A stretch of DNA of 64,000 bases from Octopus bimaculoides (lineage: Eukaryota). The notes below the pieces were generated by a model, which ran no database searches, was not told the DNA's origin, and was given only the letters and a program-made list of their open reading frames with translations. Shown here piece after piece: positions 37,097 to 48,360 of this stretch. Both the position numbers and the translations under genes were made by a program. The stretch's first letter is position 1. Each line of letters starts with the position of its first letter. The stretch covers positions 130,576 to 194,575 of the forward strand of contig NC_068989.1 of assembly GCF_001194135.2 (NCBI RefSeq), read 5' to 3'.

Positions 37097-37678
37097 GTAA
37101 GTATTCTGTGTTTTGAGTTACAACAAATAACTCAAGTATTATCTTAAATTAGAGCATTTTGATATTTGGTAATGTGTCTTCCTTTTGGTTATCACTGTTT
37201 TTTCCTGTTCAATGAAAATCATAACAAATATATACATGATTGAAAGTTTAGGAAGTCAAACAGCCAGAATACTGAACTTTGTCAAAACAGAATTATTGAG
37301 ACCAGACCAAATGACATCACTAAACTTACAAACTAATCAGAACTTGATTTTTTACCATGGTCAACAAGGGATGGAAATGTTTGGCAAACAAATGACATTA
37401 CCAGGAAGTCAAACAACCAGAAGGCTAAACCTTGCTAAAACATATTTGGACCAAAACACCTACAAGAAAAAGAAAAGACATCTCAAATTTGCAACTAATC
37501 ATAACTTGATCCTTTACCATAAAAACATGTATTTATGCTAAAATACTTTTTTACTTATAACATTTCGAACTCTTACAAGTGACCATGAAGAAACTTATGT
37601 CCTTCTACAGAAATTGTAACAAAACTTTTTTTCTTTCTCTCCATCTTGGTCATATAGTGATTCAGCTATAAGAACTAG

Positions 37679-38535
37679 GTCATCAGCATAGAGGAACTCC
37701 CAGAGGCAGCCAGTCTTGAATTCCTCTGTTGAGGTCTTGGAGGATGAAGATAAACAAAAGGGGGATGAGAACTGATCCTTGGTGAACTCCTACCTGTACA
37801 CTGAATTCATTGCCATATTTGTTGTCAACATTCACCTTACTGGCAGCATCATTGTACATGGCTTGTACAGCTCTCACCAACCACTCATCTATCCCTAGCT
37901 TCTGCATTGATCACCAGATAAGGAAGCGGGAGACCCTGTCAAAAGCTTTCTCCATGTGAGCAAAAGCCAAGTAAAGTGGTTTATTCTTGGCTAGATATTT
38001 CTTTTGCAGTTGCCTAACCAGGAATATAGTACCAGTTATGCTTCTTCCTGGCACAACTCCAAACTGCATCTCATCTATGCTGACTTTCTCCCTAATTAAT
38101 TGAGCTATGACCTTTTCTGTGACTTTCATCACCTGGTCCAGCAATTTGATGCTTCTGGAATTATTTCTGTCTCAGGCATCACCTTTGCCTTTGTAGCAGC
38201 TGACTATAATTTCACTTCACCAATCATTGGGTGTGACTCCCTTGTGCACAACTTGATTAACTATACAGATAACCAGGTTATATCCTACTCCGCCAGAGAT
38301 TTTAAGCATCTCAGTGGTGGTTCTTGATAGGCTGGAAGCTTTCCCTGTCTTCTTATCCTTAATTACTTTATCTACTAAGGTACTGTTCATTCAAATAGCC
38401 AGTCCCTCTGTTGACTCCACATTAGGCAGGCTCTCCTTTTCCCATGCATTCTCTACATTTAGCAGCCTTTTATAGTGACATTTTCTAGCCTCTTTCTTTG
38501 CAGAATCACTAAATGCAAGTGAACCATATTTCATT
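37679..38535 (-). mobile_element. RTE LINE RT fragment
   Basis: Minus ORFs EMQFGVVPGRS...AFAHMEKAFDRV and VGVHQGSVLIPLLF, ending in WEFLYADD. Confidence 0.9.
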
Positions 38536-38621
38536 TTGTGTTTGATGTAGGTTAATTAACACATTCAATTCTAGAAACTGTGTAATCTCAGAACAAATAT
38601 TTTATGGTTATATTTTTCTAG

Positions 38622-38719
38622 GGCATCAGGGTTGATGAAAACAGAATTCAGTCCATCAGTGATTTGGCTGATAAATTGAATAAAGAAGCCAAAGAAAAGA
38701 GAGATCATATGATAAAAGA
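38622..38719 (+). CDS. SPTBN5: betaH-spectrin exon 30
   Basis: tctag|...|gtaaga; GIRVDENRIQSISDLADKLNKEAKEKRDHMIK(D); 98 nt, phase 0->2. Confidence 0.92.
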
Positions 38720-38910
38720 GTAAGATATTATGAATAAATTTAGTTTGATTACCTGCCAATATAGGGAAGATTTTCTATTACTGTAATATTTAGTATAATT
38801 TTGATTTATGCTTCTAGGTTGATAAAAACTAAAAATAGCCTGATGCTGGAAATATATTACAAGATAGGTTAAAGGTGATACAAGAATTGAAAACCGAGAT
38901 TTCTGTCCAA

Positions 38911-39143
38911 CATTTAATGTCCGTTTTCCATATTGGTATGGGTTGGACAGCTTGAGAAGATCTGGCTAGGCCAGGTTCCATAGTCTGTTTTTCCTAATGC
39001 CAACCACTTACGAAGGGCATCCAGCTATAGAGACCAAACCAAAACAGTCTATAGAGCCTGGTTCGGCCTCTGGACTTGCCAGTTTCTGCCAAACCATCCA
39101 ATCCATGCCAGCATAGAAAAACAGATGTTAAATGTTGATGATG
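38911..39143. mobile_element. Head-to-head fused pair of RTE 3' tails
   Basis: Left part matches the minus-oriented tail, right part matches the plus-oriented tail; they join at cctaatgccaaccac/gaagggcatcc. Confidence 0.7.
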
Positions 39144-39425
39144 AATTTAATCTGTGAATTCTTCAGGCTCCCACTTTCTTATAAACTTTGTTAATTCAGC
39201 TTTGAGTATCAACTGAAACAAGCTCTAAAAGGTATCCAGAATTGTTAATGCAATATATTATTAATTATAATATTCTATTAATGCTGAAATTATTTTATTG
39301 ATATTAGAATTATTAATACAATATTTCATTTTTTTTTTTAGTTTGTGTGAACAATTTTTTTGTTCAAAAATGAAATTCTTGATGTTTGTTTTTTTAGTTT
39401 ATTATTTTGTACTACATTTTTCCAG

Positions 39426-39540
39426 TTGGCGGCAACTGCAAGGGGCTTTGCAGAAATACCGATCTGAACTGGAGAATCACTCTGAAATCCATGCATTTAA
39501 TAGAGACGTCAATGATGTAACAGAACGAATAAAAGAAAAG
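39426..39540 (+). CDS. SPTBN5: betaH-spectrin exon 31
   Basis: tccag|...|gtaaat; WRQLQGAL...EIHAFNRDVNDVTERIKEK; 115 nt, phase 2->0. Confidence 0.95.
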
Positions 39541-39720
39541 GTAAATTGAAAATGTAATCATCATCATCATTATTGTTTTAATGTTCACTTTTCCATGCTT
39601 GAATGGTCAGACTGGATTTGTTGAGGCACTGATTTTTGTACATAATTCTGTGTACTGTATATGCACCTTTCAGTTGTAGTACACCTGAACACTAAACACA
39701 ATAATTTCATTATTATTATT

Positions 39721-40041
39721 CATCATCATCATCATCATCATCGTTTAACGTCCGCTTTCCATGCTAGCATGGGTTGGACGATTTGACTGAGGACTGGTGA
39801 AACCGGATGGCAACACCAGGCTCCAGTCTGATTTGGCAGAGTTTCTACAGCTGGATGCCCTTCCTAACGCCAACCACTCAGAGAGTGTAGTGGGTGCTTT
39901 TACGTGTCACCCGCACGAAAACGGCCACGCTCGAAATGGTGTCTTTTATGTGCCACCCGCACAAGCCAGTCCAGGGGCACTGGCAACGATCTCGCTCGAA
40001 AATCCTACAGGAGCCAGTCAGGCGGTACTGGCAACGGCCAC
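39721..40041 (-). mobile_element. Young RTE 3' UTR copy
   Basis: (CAT)n tail plus UTR; ends at a 10-N gap. Confidence 0.9.
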
Positions 40042-40051
40042 NNNNNNNNNN
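40042..40051. other. Assembly gap (10 N)
   Basis: N run between two near-identical repeats. Confidence 1.
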
Positions 40052-40592
40052 TCATCATCATCATCATCGTTTAACGTCCGCTTTCCATGCTAGCATGGGT
40101 TGGACGATTTGACTGAGGACTGGTGAAACCGGATGGCAACACCAGGCTCCAGTCTGATTTGGCAGAGTTTCTACAGCTGGATGCCCTTCCTAACGCCAAC
40201 CACTCAGAGAGTGTAGTGGGTGCTTTTACGTGTCACCCGCACGAAAACGGCCACGCTCGAAATGGTGTCTTTTATGTGCCACCCGCACAAGCCAGTCCAG
40301 GGGCACTGGCAACGATCTTACTTGGCTTGCCGGGTCTTCTCACGCACAGCCCATTTCCAAAGGTCTCGGTCCGTAGTCATCGCCTCGGTGAGGCCCAATG
40401 TACGAAGGTCTTGCCTCACCACCTCAGCCCAGGTCTTCCTGGGCCTACCTCTTCCACGGGTTCCCTCAACTGTTAGGGTGTGGCACTTTTTCACGCAGCT
40501 ATCCTCCTCCATTCTCACCACATGTCCATACCAGCGCAATCGTCTCTCTTGCACGCCACAACTGATGCTTCTAATGTTCAGCTTTTCTCAAG
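40052..40592 (-). mobile_element. Young RTE LINE 3' end
   Basis: Intact ORF end MQERRLRWYGHVVRMEEDSCVKKC...GRGRPRKTWAEVVRQDL (40318-40554) plus UTR and (CAT)n. Confidence 0.92.
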
Positions 40593-40965
40593 ATACTTAT
40601 TATTATATATTGAAGTTACCCACAGTTTAATATTTTTTAAGATTACATAATTTTCAACATTTAAAATGAAAGTATACCATTACAACATATTTGTTGTATT
40701 TCATCTAATATCTTATCTTGCTGGAAAATATTTAGTTTAACATAATCCAATTAAATAAATAACATTTTTTTTTTTTCAAAAGACAGGGACTTTAAAATGA
40801 TTCTTTCACATCAAAATCAAAATGTTATGGCTCCTAATATTCTTTTGAGTAACACTTTAACAACATTTCTGTAACAATGTTATCAATCTGTATCTAGTGT
40901 GAATGATTGCATATTATTCTTTTTATACTTCCAATTAAATGTTTGATCAACCTTTTATCATTCAG

Positions 40966-41079
40966 GAAGTTCAGTTGTCTACTGATGATTATGGGAAAAA
41001 CTTAGCAGCTGTTCAACTATTGTTACGTAAGCAAGAAAAGATTGATATGGATTTCACTGTACTAGAAGCTGATATTAAG
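40966..41079 (+). CDS. SPTBN5: betaH-spectrin exon 32
   Basis: ttcag|...|gtttgt; EVQLSTDDYGKNLAAVQLLLRKQEKIDMDFTVLEADIK; 114 nt, phase 0->0. Confidence 0.92.
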
Positions 41080-41338
41080 GTTTGTATTTCAATTTTTCTT
41101 CAAAATATCTTTAAAATTATTTTATTGTAAAATGAGAACAATTCTGAGAGGAAGAAAATGAAAAGTGATCATTTATAGCTGTGTACCTTGAGATACGTAG
41201 CTCAATTTGTGCAGTTCACCCGAAATGTTCCAAACACAAACAAAAACCTGGTTTTAATGCTACGATAATAGCTCAAAAATATGCAAAAAAAATAGGAGAC
41301 AGGTGAAAGAACAACAAACAGGGTGTATTAATTTGATA

Positions 41339-41376
41339 CTCATGACATTTCAAGCCTATGCTCTTCTACAGAAAGA
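41339..41376 (-). other. Degenerate hammerhead-like motif
   Basis: Minus strand CUGUAGA-A-GAGC-AUAG-GCUU-GAAA-UGUC; A6 substituted, stem I weak. Confidence 0.35.
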
Positions 41377-42369
41377 AATAAGGAGAGAGAAAAAAATGAG
41401 AAAAAAAAAACATATCTGAATTAATGGTGTTCTGTGTTGAACAGATAAAATTCCAATGATGTTAGACAAATATGCATTTTTTGGTTGACTTCCTTGTATA
41501 TTTTCTTCTTTGAGGGAAAGATTACATCATTATTTTAGAATGTTTGTTAGAGATTTTATAACTATGGTAGTGTTCAATCAAAACAGTTCGTAGTTCCTGA
41601 AAAATTACAGAACAAGTAATCTTGCATGGGAAATGGTGCTACAATGTAAAGTTTCTGTTAATCTTTCAACTCCATCTGAGAAGTTTCATAAATAAATTAA
41701 AATTGGAAACGTTTGTTATTACATGTAGGAAAAGTTACATAGGTCATAATGATCCTATTGTTTTTAGACTGAGCACTATGGTAAAAATTGTTTTTTAAAA
41801 GGTAGAAATGAGCTGAGAAGTATATTTTCTTATAATTACTAAAAGTTTAAAATACTTGGAATTCCTTGTTCCCTAATTCTATAAAGGCAATAGGAGACAT
41901 GGATAAAGCTTTTCCTATTGAGTCATTCAAGCTACAACCAAAGCTAAATGAATGAACATGTCCATCTCCAGACTATCAAGTATGATTGGACTAAGAGGGA
42001 TGAAGATTTTTCATTGCAGATTTTGGCTTTTAGATTTTTGCAGTTCCATAAAATCCAGTCTCTGTTGAAAGTTACTGCTATCACTAGAGAAAAAGTACAT
42101 ACTAGTAATGATTTTTGAACCAATAACCTTTCACGTTGCTAGGCTATCTTTGTATCATTAAAACAGTTGCATCTCTTACATAGACATTAATGCTTCATAT
42201 TTTAAGAAATTGTTTTAAGCAGGTATTTTAGTCAAAGTTTATAAGAAAAATTATTTTAGTTTCTATGTGGCTTTGTATTTATTGCTCTTATGTATAATTT
42301 TTGCATAAAAGATTTAGTCATTTTTATATTAAAAGTAGAGGTTTTAAATATAAGTTTTAATTATTCCAG

Positions 42370-42491
42370 AAACTTGAAAAACATGCTGACAAGCTGGAGC
42401 AGAAATATCCCCATCTTTCTAGTTCCATTGAAAAGAAATTAACTGAAGCTAAAATTAGTTGGGAAGATCTTCAAAAACTCTTACGGAAACG
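42370..42491 (+). CDS. SPTBN5: betaH-spectrin exon 33
   Basis: tccag|...|gtaagc; KLEKHADKLEQKYP...SWEDLQKLLRK(R); 122 nt, phase 0->2. Confidence 0.94.
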
Positions 42492-42808
42492 GTAAGCTGG
42501 TTATTTGATTTAAGCACTGTTCAACAGTTTTTACATCGTATCAATACATGTGTCTTGGAGGAGAATTTTCTCCCAAGACTAAATCATGAATAGAAGATCT
42601 TCTCACATCCAAATACATTCAAATGTGTTAAATATGACTTTATACAAATATTCTTAATTCAATGTTGTTTCATGCAGCATTGTGTGCATATGTACAATGA
42701 ACTGCAGAAAATATTTCTTCTTTGTGAAATTGTGGAGAGATTAGAGTGGATTGTTCATTAGATAACACAGAATTCAGCAAAGACATTTTTATTTTCTCTT
42801 TTTTGCAG

Positions 42809-42869
42809 AAAGTCAAAGTTGGCTGAATCCTATGAGCTGCTGAAATTTCTCACTGATGCCAATGAATCG
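42809..42869 (+). CDS. SPTBN5: betaH-spectrin exon 34
   Basis: tgcag|...|gtaatt; KSKLAESYELLKFLTDANES; 61 nt, phase 2->0. Confidence 0.92.
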
Positions 42870-43502
42870 GTAATTTGTGTTTAATGGTTGTCTGCAAATT
42901 TGAAGGATTGTAAATTTCTGTTTCTTATTTAATCAAATTATCTTTGATAAGACAGCAAGGCATGATTTTTTTTTCCCCCCCAATTGAATCATTTAAAACG
43001 ATATTTTTTTTAAAATTACACTTTAGAATTCTTTAAGATATTGGAATTAGGGGCAGATTCTTATATATCAATTTTTATGGCTTTCCATATTGATTATGAC
43101 AAGACCAATGTTTATTTCCACCCCCATTACTACAGTATTTTCTTTCAGTTGAGAGAAAAGATGGAGATTCACTTGTACTTTTGGAACCTCTACATAATTA
43201 CTTTCTCTACGAAAAATAGTAAACAAATCTTCCACAATAAGAATTGTGGAAAATTTCCCAACAAAAATTTACTAAATGTATTTTCATAGAAGTTCAGTTG
43301 AATATAAAGTAATGACATAGATTCAAGGCATTTTTTCAAATCAGTATTTTCTGAGCAAAGAAACTTCACCTTTAATTAATCTCTTTATAACACTTTGTAT
43401 AATGTTTAGAAGTGGCTACACTAAGCAGCAATAATCTTCTCAAGTTTTATATTTCTTCAAATCATTGTTTTTTCTTTGCTTTGCTTTTTGCACGTAATTT
43501 AG

Positions 43503-43604
43503 GTGAACTGGTCCAGTAATATGGCTAAACAAATCAACACATCTGAACTTGCCAAAGATTCCCTTGAAGCTGAGAATATGTTGCAGTTGCATCATGAACG
43601 AAAA
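43503..43604 (+). CDS. SPTBN5: betaH-spectrin exon 35
   Basis: tttag|...|gttagt; VNWSSNMAKQINTSELAKDSLEAENMLQLHHERK; 102 nt, phase 0->0. Confidence 0.92.
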
Positions 43605-43769
43605 GTTAGTATTATTTATGTCTACAATAATGGATGAAATTGTAGTGATATGATATATACATATATATTTATATATACATATTTTTACATTCATGCACAC
43701 ACACATACACACACGAGTACTAGATAGATAGTGTGCTCATTATATAGTTTGCGATGCCCTGCTATTTAG

Positions 43770-43900
43770 AATGTTCTTTGTTCAAATTTTGCAAAGGTTC
43801 ACTTTGCCTTTTATCCTTTCAGAGTTGACAAAATAAGTCCCAGTTCAACTCTGGAATCAATGTAATTCACTTCCCCGCCCCTCGAAAATTTAAACCAAAA
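43770..43900 (+). mobile_element. tRNA-derived SINE (family B), degenerate
   Basis: gttcaaattttgcaaaggttcactttgccttttatcctttcagagttgacaaaataagt. Confidence 0.55.
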
Positions 43901-44289
43901 TATTTAGAATGATGAGAGACATTAAGCATAATATTGTGATGTTTATATGTTAAGATTTTAAGGAGAAAGTTTGTTCCATACATTTGTGTGATAAATAATG
44001 AAAGGTAATTAGAGTTCTTGACTTTTTTGATGAATGGCAACGGATGTAACATTGATGCTTTCTAAGGGCTATTGATGGTATAAGTAACAAAAATGTGAAA
44101 TAATATACAAGTTGAAAGAAAGTTACAGACTTGATTGTAAGAGATCTTAGCACTTAACTTGCTGTAGTTGTGATTACGTTATACTGAATAGAGTCCAACT
44201 CTGAATGTAGGGAATAGTTCATCTTTTCTGGAAATATCAGTGAATAACAATGATTAAAACTTAATTATTGCAAAATGAAAGAAGAAACT

Positions 44290-45065
44290 TTAATCTTGGT
44301 TCGTTTATTTTCTGATGCATGAACTAAAACCATTTTAAGCATAAAAATTAAGCCACAGTTGTGTAGGGTTTAGAGGCATTCACTGAAATCCTTTTTATGC
44401 TGGGTGTACAGCTTAATGAGACCCATAAGTTGTGTCTATTAAATGATTGTCCATACCTGTGGAATTGCATGAAATACTTATTTACTAATCTAGGGGAGAC
44501 CCTTCCCATGCAGGTTTTCATGCTGAGTGAGAAGGGCAGGGCAAGCCAAAGGACCTTATGGTAGTGCTTTCTTTTATGGTTGTTAGGCCCCAGCATATAG
44601 GAGATGTAGTAGTCCTTGAACCCACTGGCTACCAAAGCTTTGTTTAATAGAGGGCCACATCATTGAAAATATCTTTATTCAAGGATAGGTTTCATATCCT
44701 CTTACTGACAGCCTTCACCAGGTTTTTAAACACAATAGGTAGGTAGCAGGAGGCTATGTTAATGTACGATAGCCTTTCATTTGGTTTGTGGTAGGGCCTG
44801 TAACAGGCACCCAGATCAAGCATCACATCTAAAAAGTTCACTACAGTAAAGTTGGTCTCAATTGTAACCTTAAGGACAAGGGAGCTAAGCATGTGAATTA
44901 GGTTTGCCTGTTTGTACCTCCAGAGGTGATTAAAGTATCATCTTTGTAGAGACCAAAATGGACTGGCAAGAGCCCCTTCATTAATGTGTCCAATATATAT
45001 AATCTTATGGGGTCACAGATATCTGTCCTTTCGAATGCTCCCATCGACACATTGAAGTAGCCTGC
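44290..45065 (-). mobile_element. Penelope-like element RT relic
   Basis: Minus frames YFNVSMGAF...GLYKDD (catalytic YxDD), LKVTIETNFTVVNFLDV...YRPYHKPN and VLWLALPFS...FNRHNLWVSLSC are typical of PLE RT/linker; stops present. Confidence 0.85.
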
Positions 45066-45323
45066 TGTAGTTTGTGAAAGCGCTTATTATTTACACATGT
45101 CACTAATAATTTCACACACACAGGAAAATAAAATACAACAAAATAAATCCTCTGAGAAATTAGGTTTAATAGTAATTTTGTTTTTTTAATACTTTTTCAT
45201 TCCATCATATCCTTTCTTTCACTCTTTTTCTTTTTCACGCTTTACCTTTCATCCACTTTCTAACTTATTTTCTTACCTTCTGTTCCCCTCTCTTTCTCAT
45301 ATATTTATATATTTAATTATTAG

Positions 45324-45524
45324 GCTGAGATTGATGGTCGTCAGAAATTGTTCAAAGTGGTTCGTGAACAAGGAAACAATTTACTGAAGAAACTTGAGAC
45401 AGCTTCATCTCCTGAGTCTGCAGATGTTGACAAAATGATCAAAGAATTAGACAAGAGTCGTCTTCTTCTTACAGGAGCTTGGGACAAACGAAATAAGCTT
45501 CTTACTGAGTGCCATAACTTGCAG
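45324..45524 (+). CDS. SPTBN5: betaH-spectrin exon 36
   Basis: attag|...|gttgat; AEIDGRQKLFK...AWDKRNKLLTECHNLQ; 201 nt, phase 0->0. Confidence 0.93.
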
Positions 45525-46084
45525 GTTGATTTCAAATTCATCACTTCTTTCTTTCTTTCATTTTACTTCTATTTATCACTTGTATTAAGAGGTAAATAAA
45601 TTTACATGTGGTAAAAAATAAGTATTTAAAGTTTAGACTAAAGTTTTGCCAATCCATTTTTATTTAAAGTATGTTGTAAAAAAAAAAGACCCCAAATAAT
45701 TATGTCTTGCAATCCATTTTTGTGTTGGGTTACCACTGAATACTTTGTGGAGACAGGAAATATAGAAAGCATTGAAATGGATTCCATAAAAAAATTTTAC
45801 CTTAGCACTGCATGGTAGTAAAAACACTTGATTGACAATTATATGGTACCCTTTTTGTACACTAGGAAATTGTATTTTATAAGGTATTAATTTACAGCTA
45901 GGTAGAGTACATTATTTGTTACAGACACAGTATAGTACCAGTGTTAATATAGAAATTATCAACTATTCAGTTGGTAGGTTGGTACCTTGTCAACTTGGTC
46001 TGTAAAATAATTTAAAAGGTTGCCTATTTAATCTTCAATATTCCAGCTTTAAATTAAAACTCATATGTATTATTTACATTTCAG

Positions 46085-46162
46085 ATATACAAGGAGACTG
46101 TGGAACAGGTTGATGGATGGCTTGCTGCTAAGGAAGCCATTCTCAGTAACAAAGATGTTGGG
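46085..46162 (+). CDS. SPTBN5: betaH-spectrin exon 37
   Basis: ttcag|...|gtaaat; IYKETVEQVDGWLAAKEAILSNKDVG; 78 nt, phase 0->0. Confidence 0.94.
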
Positions 46163-46328
46163 GTAAATATGCATGTATTTCTATTTTCTTGAATTTAACA
46201 TTGTCAGCTTATTGCAAACCACAGCTATACAAATATAAATACAATTTGGACCCTGATAATCTGAAGTGCTACAGATGTGGATTAGGAAAAATTCCCATTT
46301 TGAGATTTAAAAATGCTTGTGTCTGCTG

Positions 46329-46331
<3 letters not shown>

Positions 46332-46384
<53 letters not shown>

Positions 46385-46478
46385 NNNNNNNNNNNNNNNN
46401 NNNNNNNNNNNNNNNNNNNNNNNNNNNNNNNNNNNNNNNNNNNNNNNNNNNNNNNNNNNNNNNNNNNNNNNNNNNNNN

Positions 46479-46539
<61 letters not shown>
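46332..46539. repeat. (CT)n microsatellite spanning a 94-N gap (46385-46478)
   Basis: Direct reading. Confidence 0.98.
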
Positions 46540-46540
<1 letters not shown>

Positions 46541-47039
46541 ACACTATTTTATATTTAACGTTGCCTTACATATTCCAAATTTTCATTTCCAAAATCTGTC
46601 AACTCTTTGAATTTATTAATGAGGTGGAAGTAATTTTGTTTAAACTATATTTTTACTTGAAAATATATATATATAAAAAAAAAGGGGGACACAATTGATC
46701 TTAACTTTTAAGCTTAATTTGCATGATTAACCTGCCAAATTATAAGACTTCAAATATCTTGTGTGTATTAGAAGTGTGTAGTGAGAGCTGTATTCAGTCC
46801 GCTACATCTTTTTAACTGGAATTTCTAGGATTTTAGTTTCCTGTATTCTTCTGTTTGTGTGCATCCATTTTTTATTTTTAAATGTATCACTAAATTAAGA
46901 GTGTATCCACACTTGTTCTCTTATTCACCGAAGATCTTTGAAGATGAAAGTATGAATGATTAATGTAAGTTAATTATGCATCATCTTTAATAAGAGATAT
47001 GAATACATTGAAATGTAAAACAAATTTTGCTTTCTTCAG

Positions 47040-47303
47040 GATTCTCTATATTCTGTTGAAGAACTGCTGAAAAAGCACAAAGCCTTTGAAAAGACTCTGC
47101 ATTCTCAACAAGACAAAATAGAAGACTTGAAACAATTCTCTGACAACCTTTGCAATGAGCAGCACTATGCAAGTGCTGAAATAAAGGGTTTGAACCAAGC
47201 TGTTTGTGAAAGGCACCAGAAACTTTGGACTACTTCTCAGGCACGCCACAAGACTTTAGATGATGCCCGCAAATATCAGCTGTTCTTGCGTAATCTTTAT
47301 GAA
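47040..47303 (+). CDS. SPTBN5: betaH-spectrin exon 38
   Basis: ttcag|...|gtatgt; DSLYSVEELLKKHKAFEK...LFLRNLYE; 264 nt, phase 0->0. Confidence 0.95.
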
Positions 47304-47420
47304 GTATGTATTTTTTAATTACATTGAGTCTTTGTGCATGTGTTTATGCTTGCATGTGCACACACACACACACACACACACACAGAAACAGTCACACACA
47401 CTCACACGCACACATATATA

Positions 47421-47995
47421 TCATCATCATCATCGTTTAACGTCCGCCTTCCATGCTAGCATGGGTTGGATAATTTAACTGAGGACTGGCAAACCAGATG
47501 GCTGCACCAGGCTCCAATCCGACCTTGCAAAGTTTCTACAGCTGGATGCCCTTCTTAATGCCAACCACTCCGAGAGTGTAGTGGGTGCTTTTACTTGCCA
47601 CCGGCACGAGAGCCAGTCAGGCGGTACTGGCAATGGCCACACTCAAAATGGTGTTTTTTACGTGCCACCTGCACAGGAGCCAGTCCAGCGGCACTGGCAA
47701 CGACCTTGCTTGAATGTTTTTTCACGTGCCACCGGCGCAAGTGCCAGTAAGGCGACGCTGGTAACGACCACGCTCAAATGGTGCTATTTACGTGCCACTG
47801 GCATGGAAGCCAGACAGCTGCTCTGGCAATGATCACACTCAGACGGTGCTCTTAGCGCTCCACTGGCATGGGTGCCAGTCATCGAATATGGTTCAATCAT
47901 GATTTCGATTTCACTTGCCCAAGCCGAGTTTAGTGTCCAATGAAGGAGAGGTTGGCATGGGTGCCAGTCGTTGAATTTGGTTCGATTTCGATTTA
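47421..47995 (-). mobile_element. RTE 3' UTR copy with expanded internal tandem units
   Basis: (CAT)n tail; several ttttacgtgccac..ggc units. Confidence 0.85.
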
Positions 47996-48124
47996 TATAT
48001 ATACAGACAAATATATTTTAATGAGGTTTCTTAAATATATATTAACTGATAGTCTGAAGTAATGAAAAAAGAATAGAGCATACAGAGAATGGCCTGCTTA
48101 TTAATGTTTAAAATTTAAATTCAG

Positions 48125-48271
48125 GTTACTAATTGGATTCAAGAGAAACTGAAAATTGCCAGTGAAGAGAACTACAAGGATCCCACCAATTTACAAGCTA
48201 AGATCCAGAAACACACTGCATTTGAGGCAGAGTTAACAGCAAATCGTAATCGTGTTGATGATGTCGTACAG
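48125..48271 (+). CDS. SPTBN5: betaH-spectrin exon 39
   Basis: ttcag|...|gttagt; VTNWIQEKLKIASEENYKDPTNLQAKIQKHTAFEAELTANRNRVDDVVQ; 147 nt, phase 0->0. Confidence 0.95.
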
Positions 48272-48360
48272 GTTAGTTACAAAGTTATTTTTGACACTGA
48301 CTTATTCTGTTCATAACACTCTAAGCAAAGACTGTAGTTTTTATTATCATCATATATGCA

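Noticed and set aside
39780-39830. Hammerhead in the RTE tail (CTGAGGA...GAAAC)
   Set aside because: Only 5 nt lie between the core halves, with no stem II and no matching stems I and III.
39721-40592. Genuine tandem RTE insertion
   Set aside because: The two copies abut a 10-N gap, so this may be an unresolved overlap or haplotype artefact; it needs long reads.
44165-44250. Hammerhead downstream of the PLE RT relic
   Set aside because: Only vague remnants (ctgata...tgaac) remain; it cannot be folded convincingly.
47580-47900. CRISPR-like repeat-spacer array
   Set aside because: The units are degenerate tandem pieces of a eukaryotic LINE UTR with no unique spacers and no cas genes.
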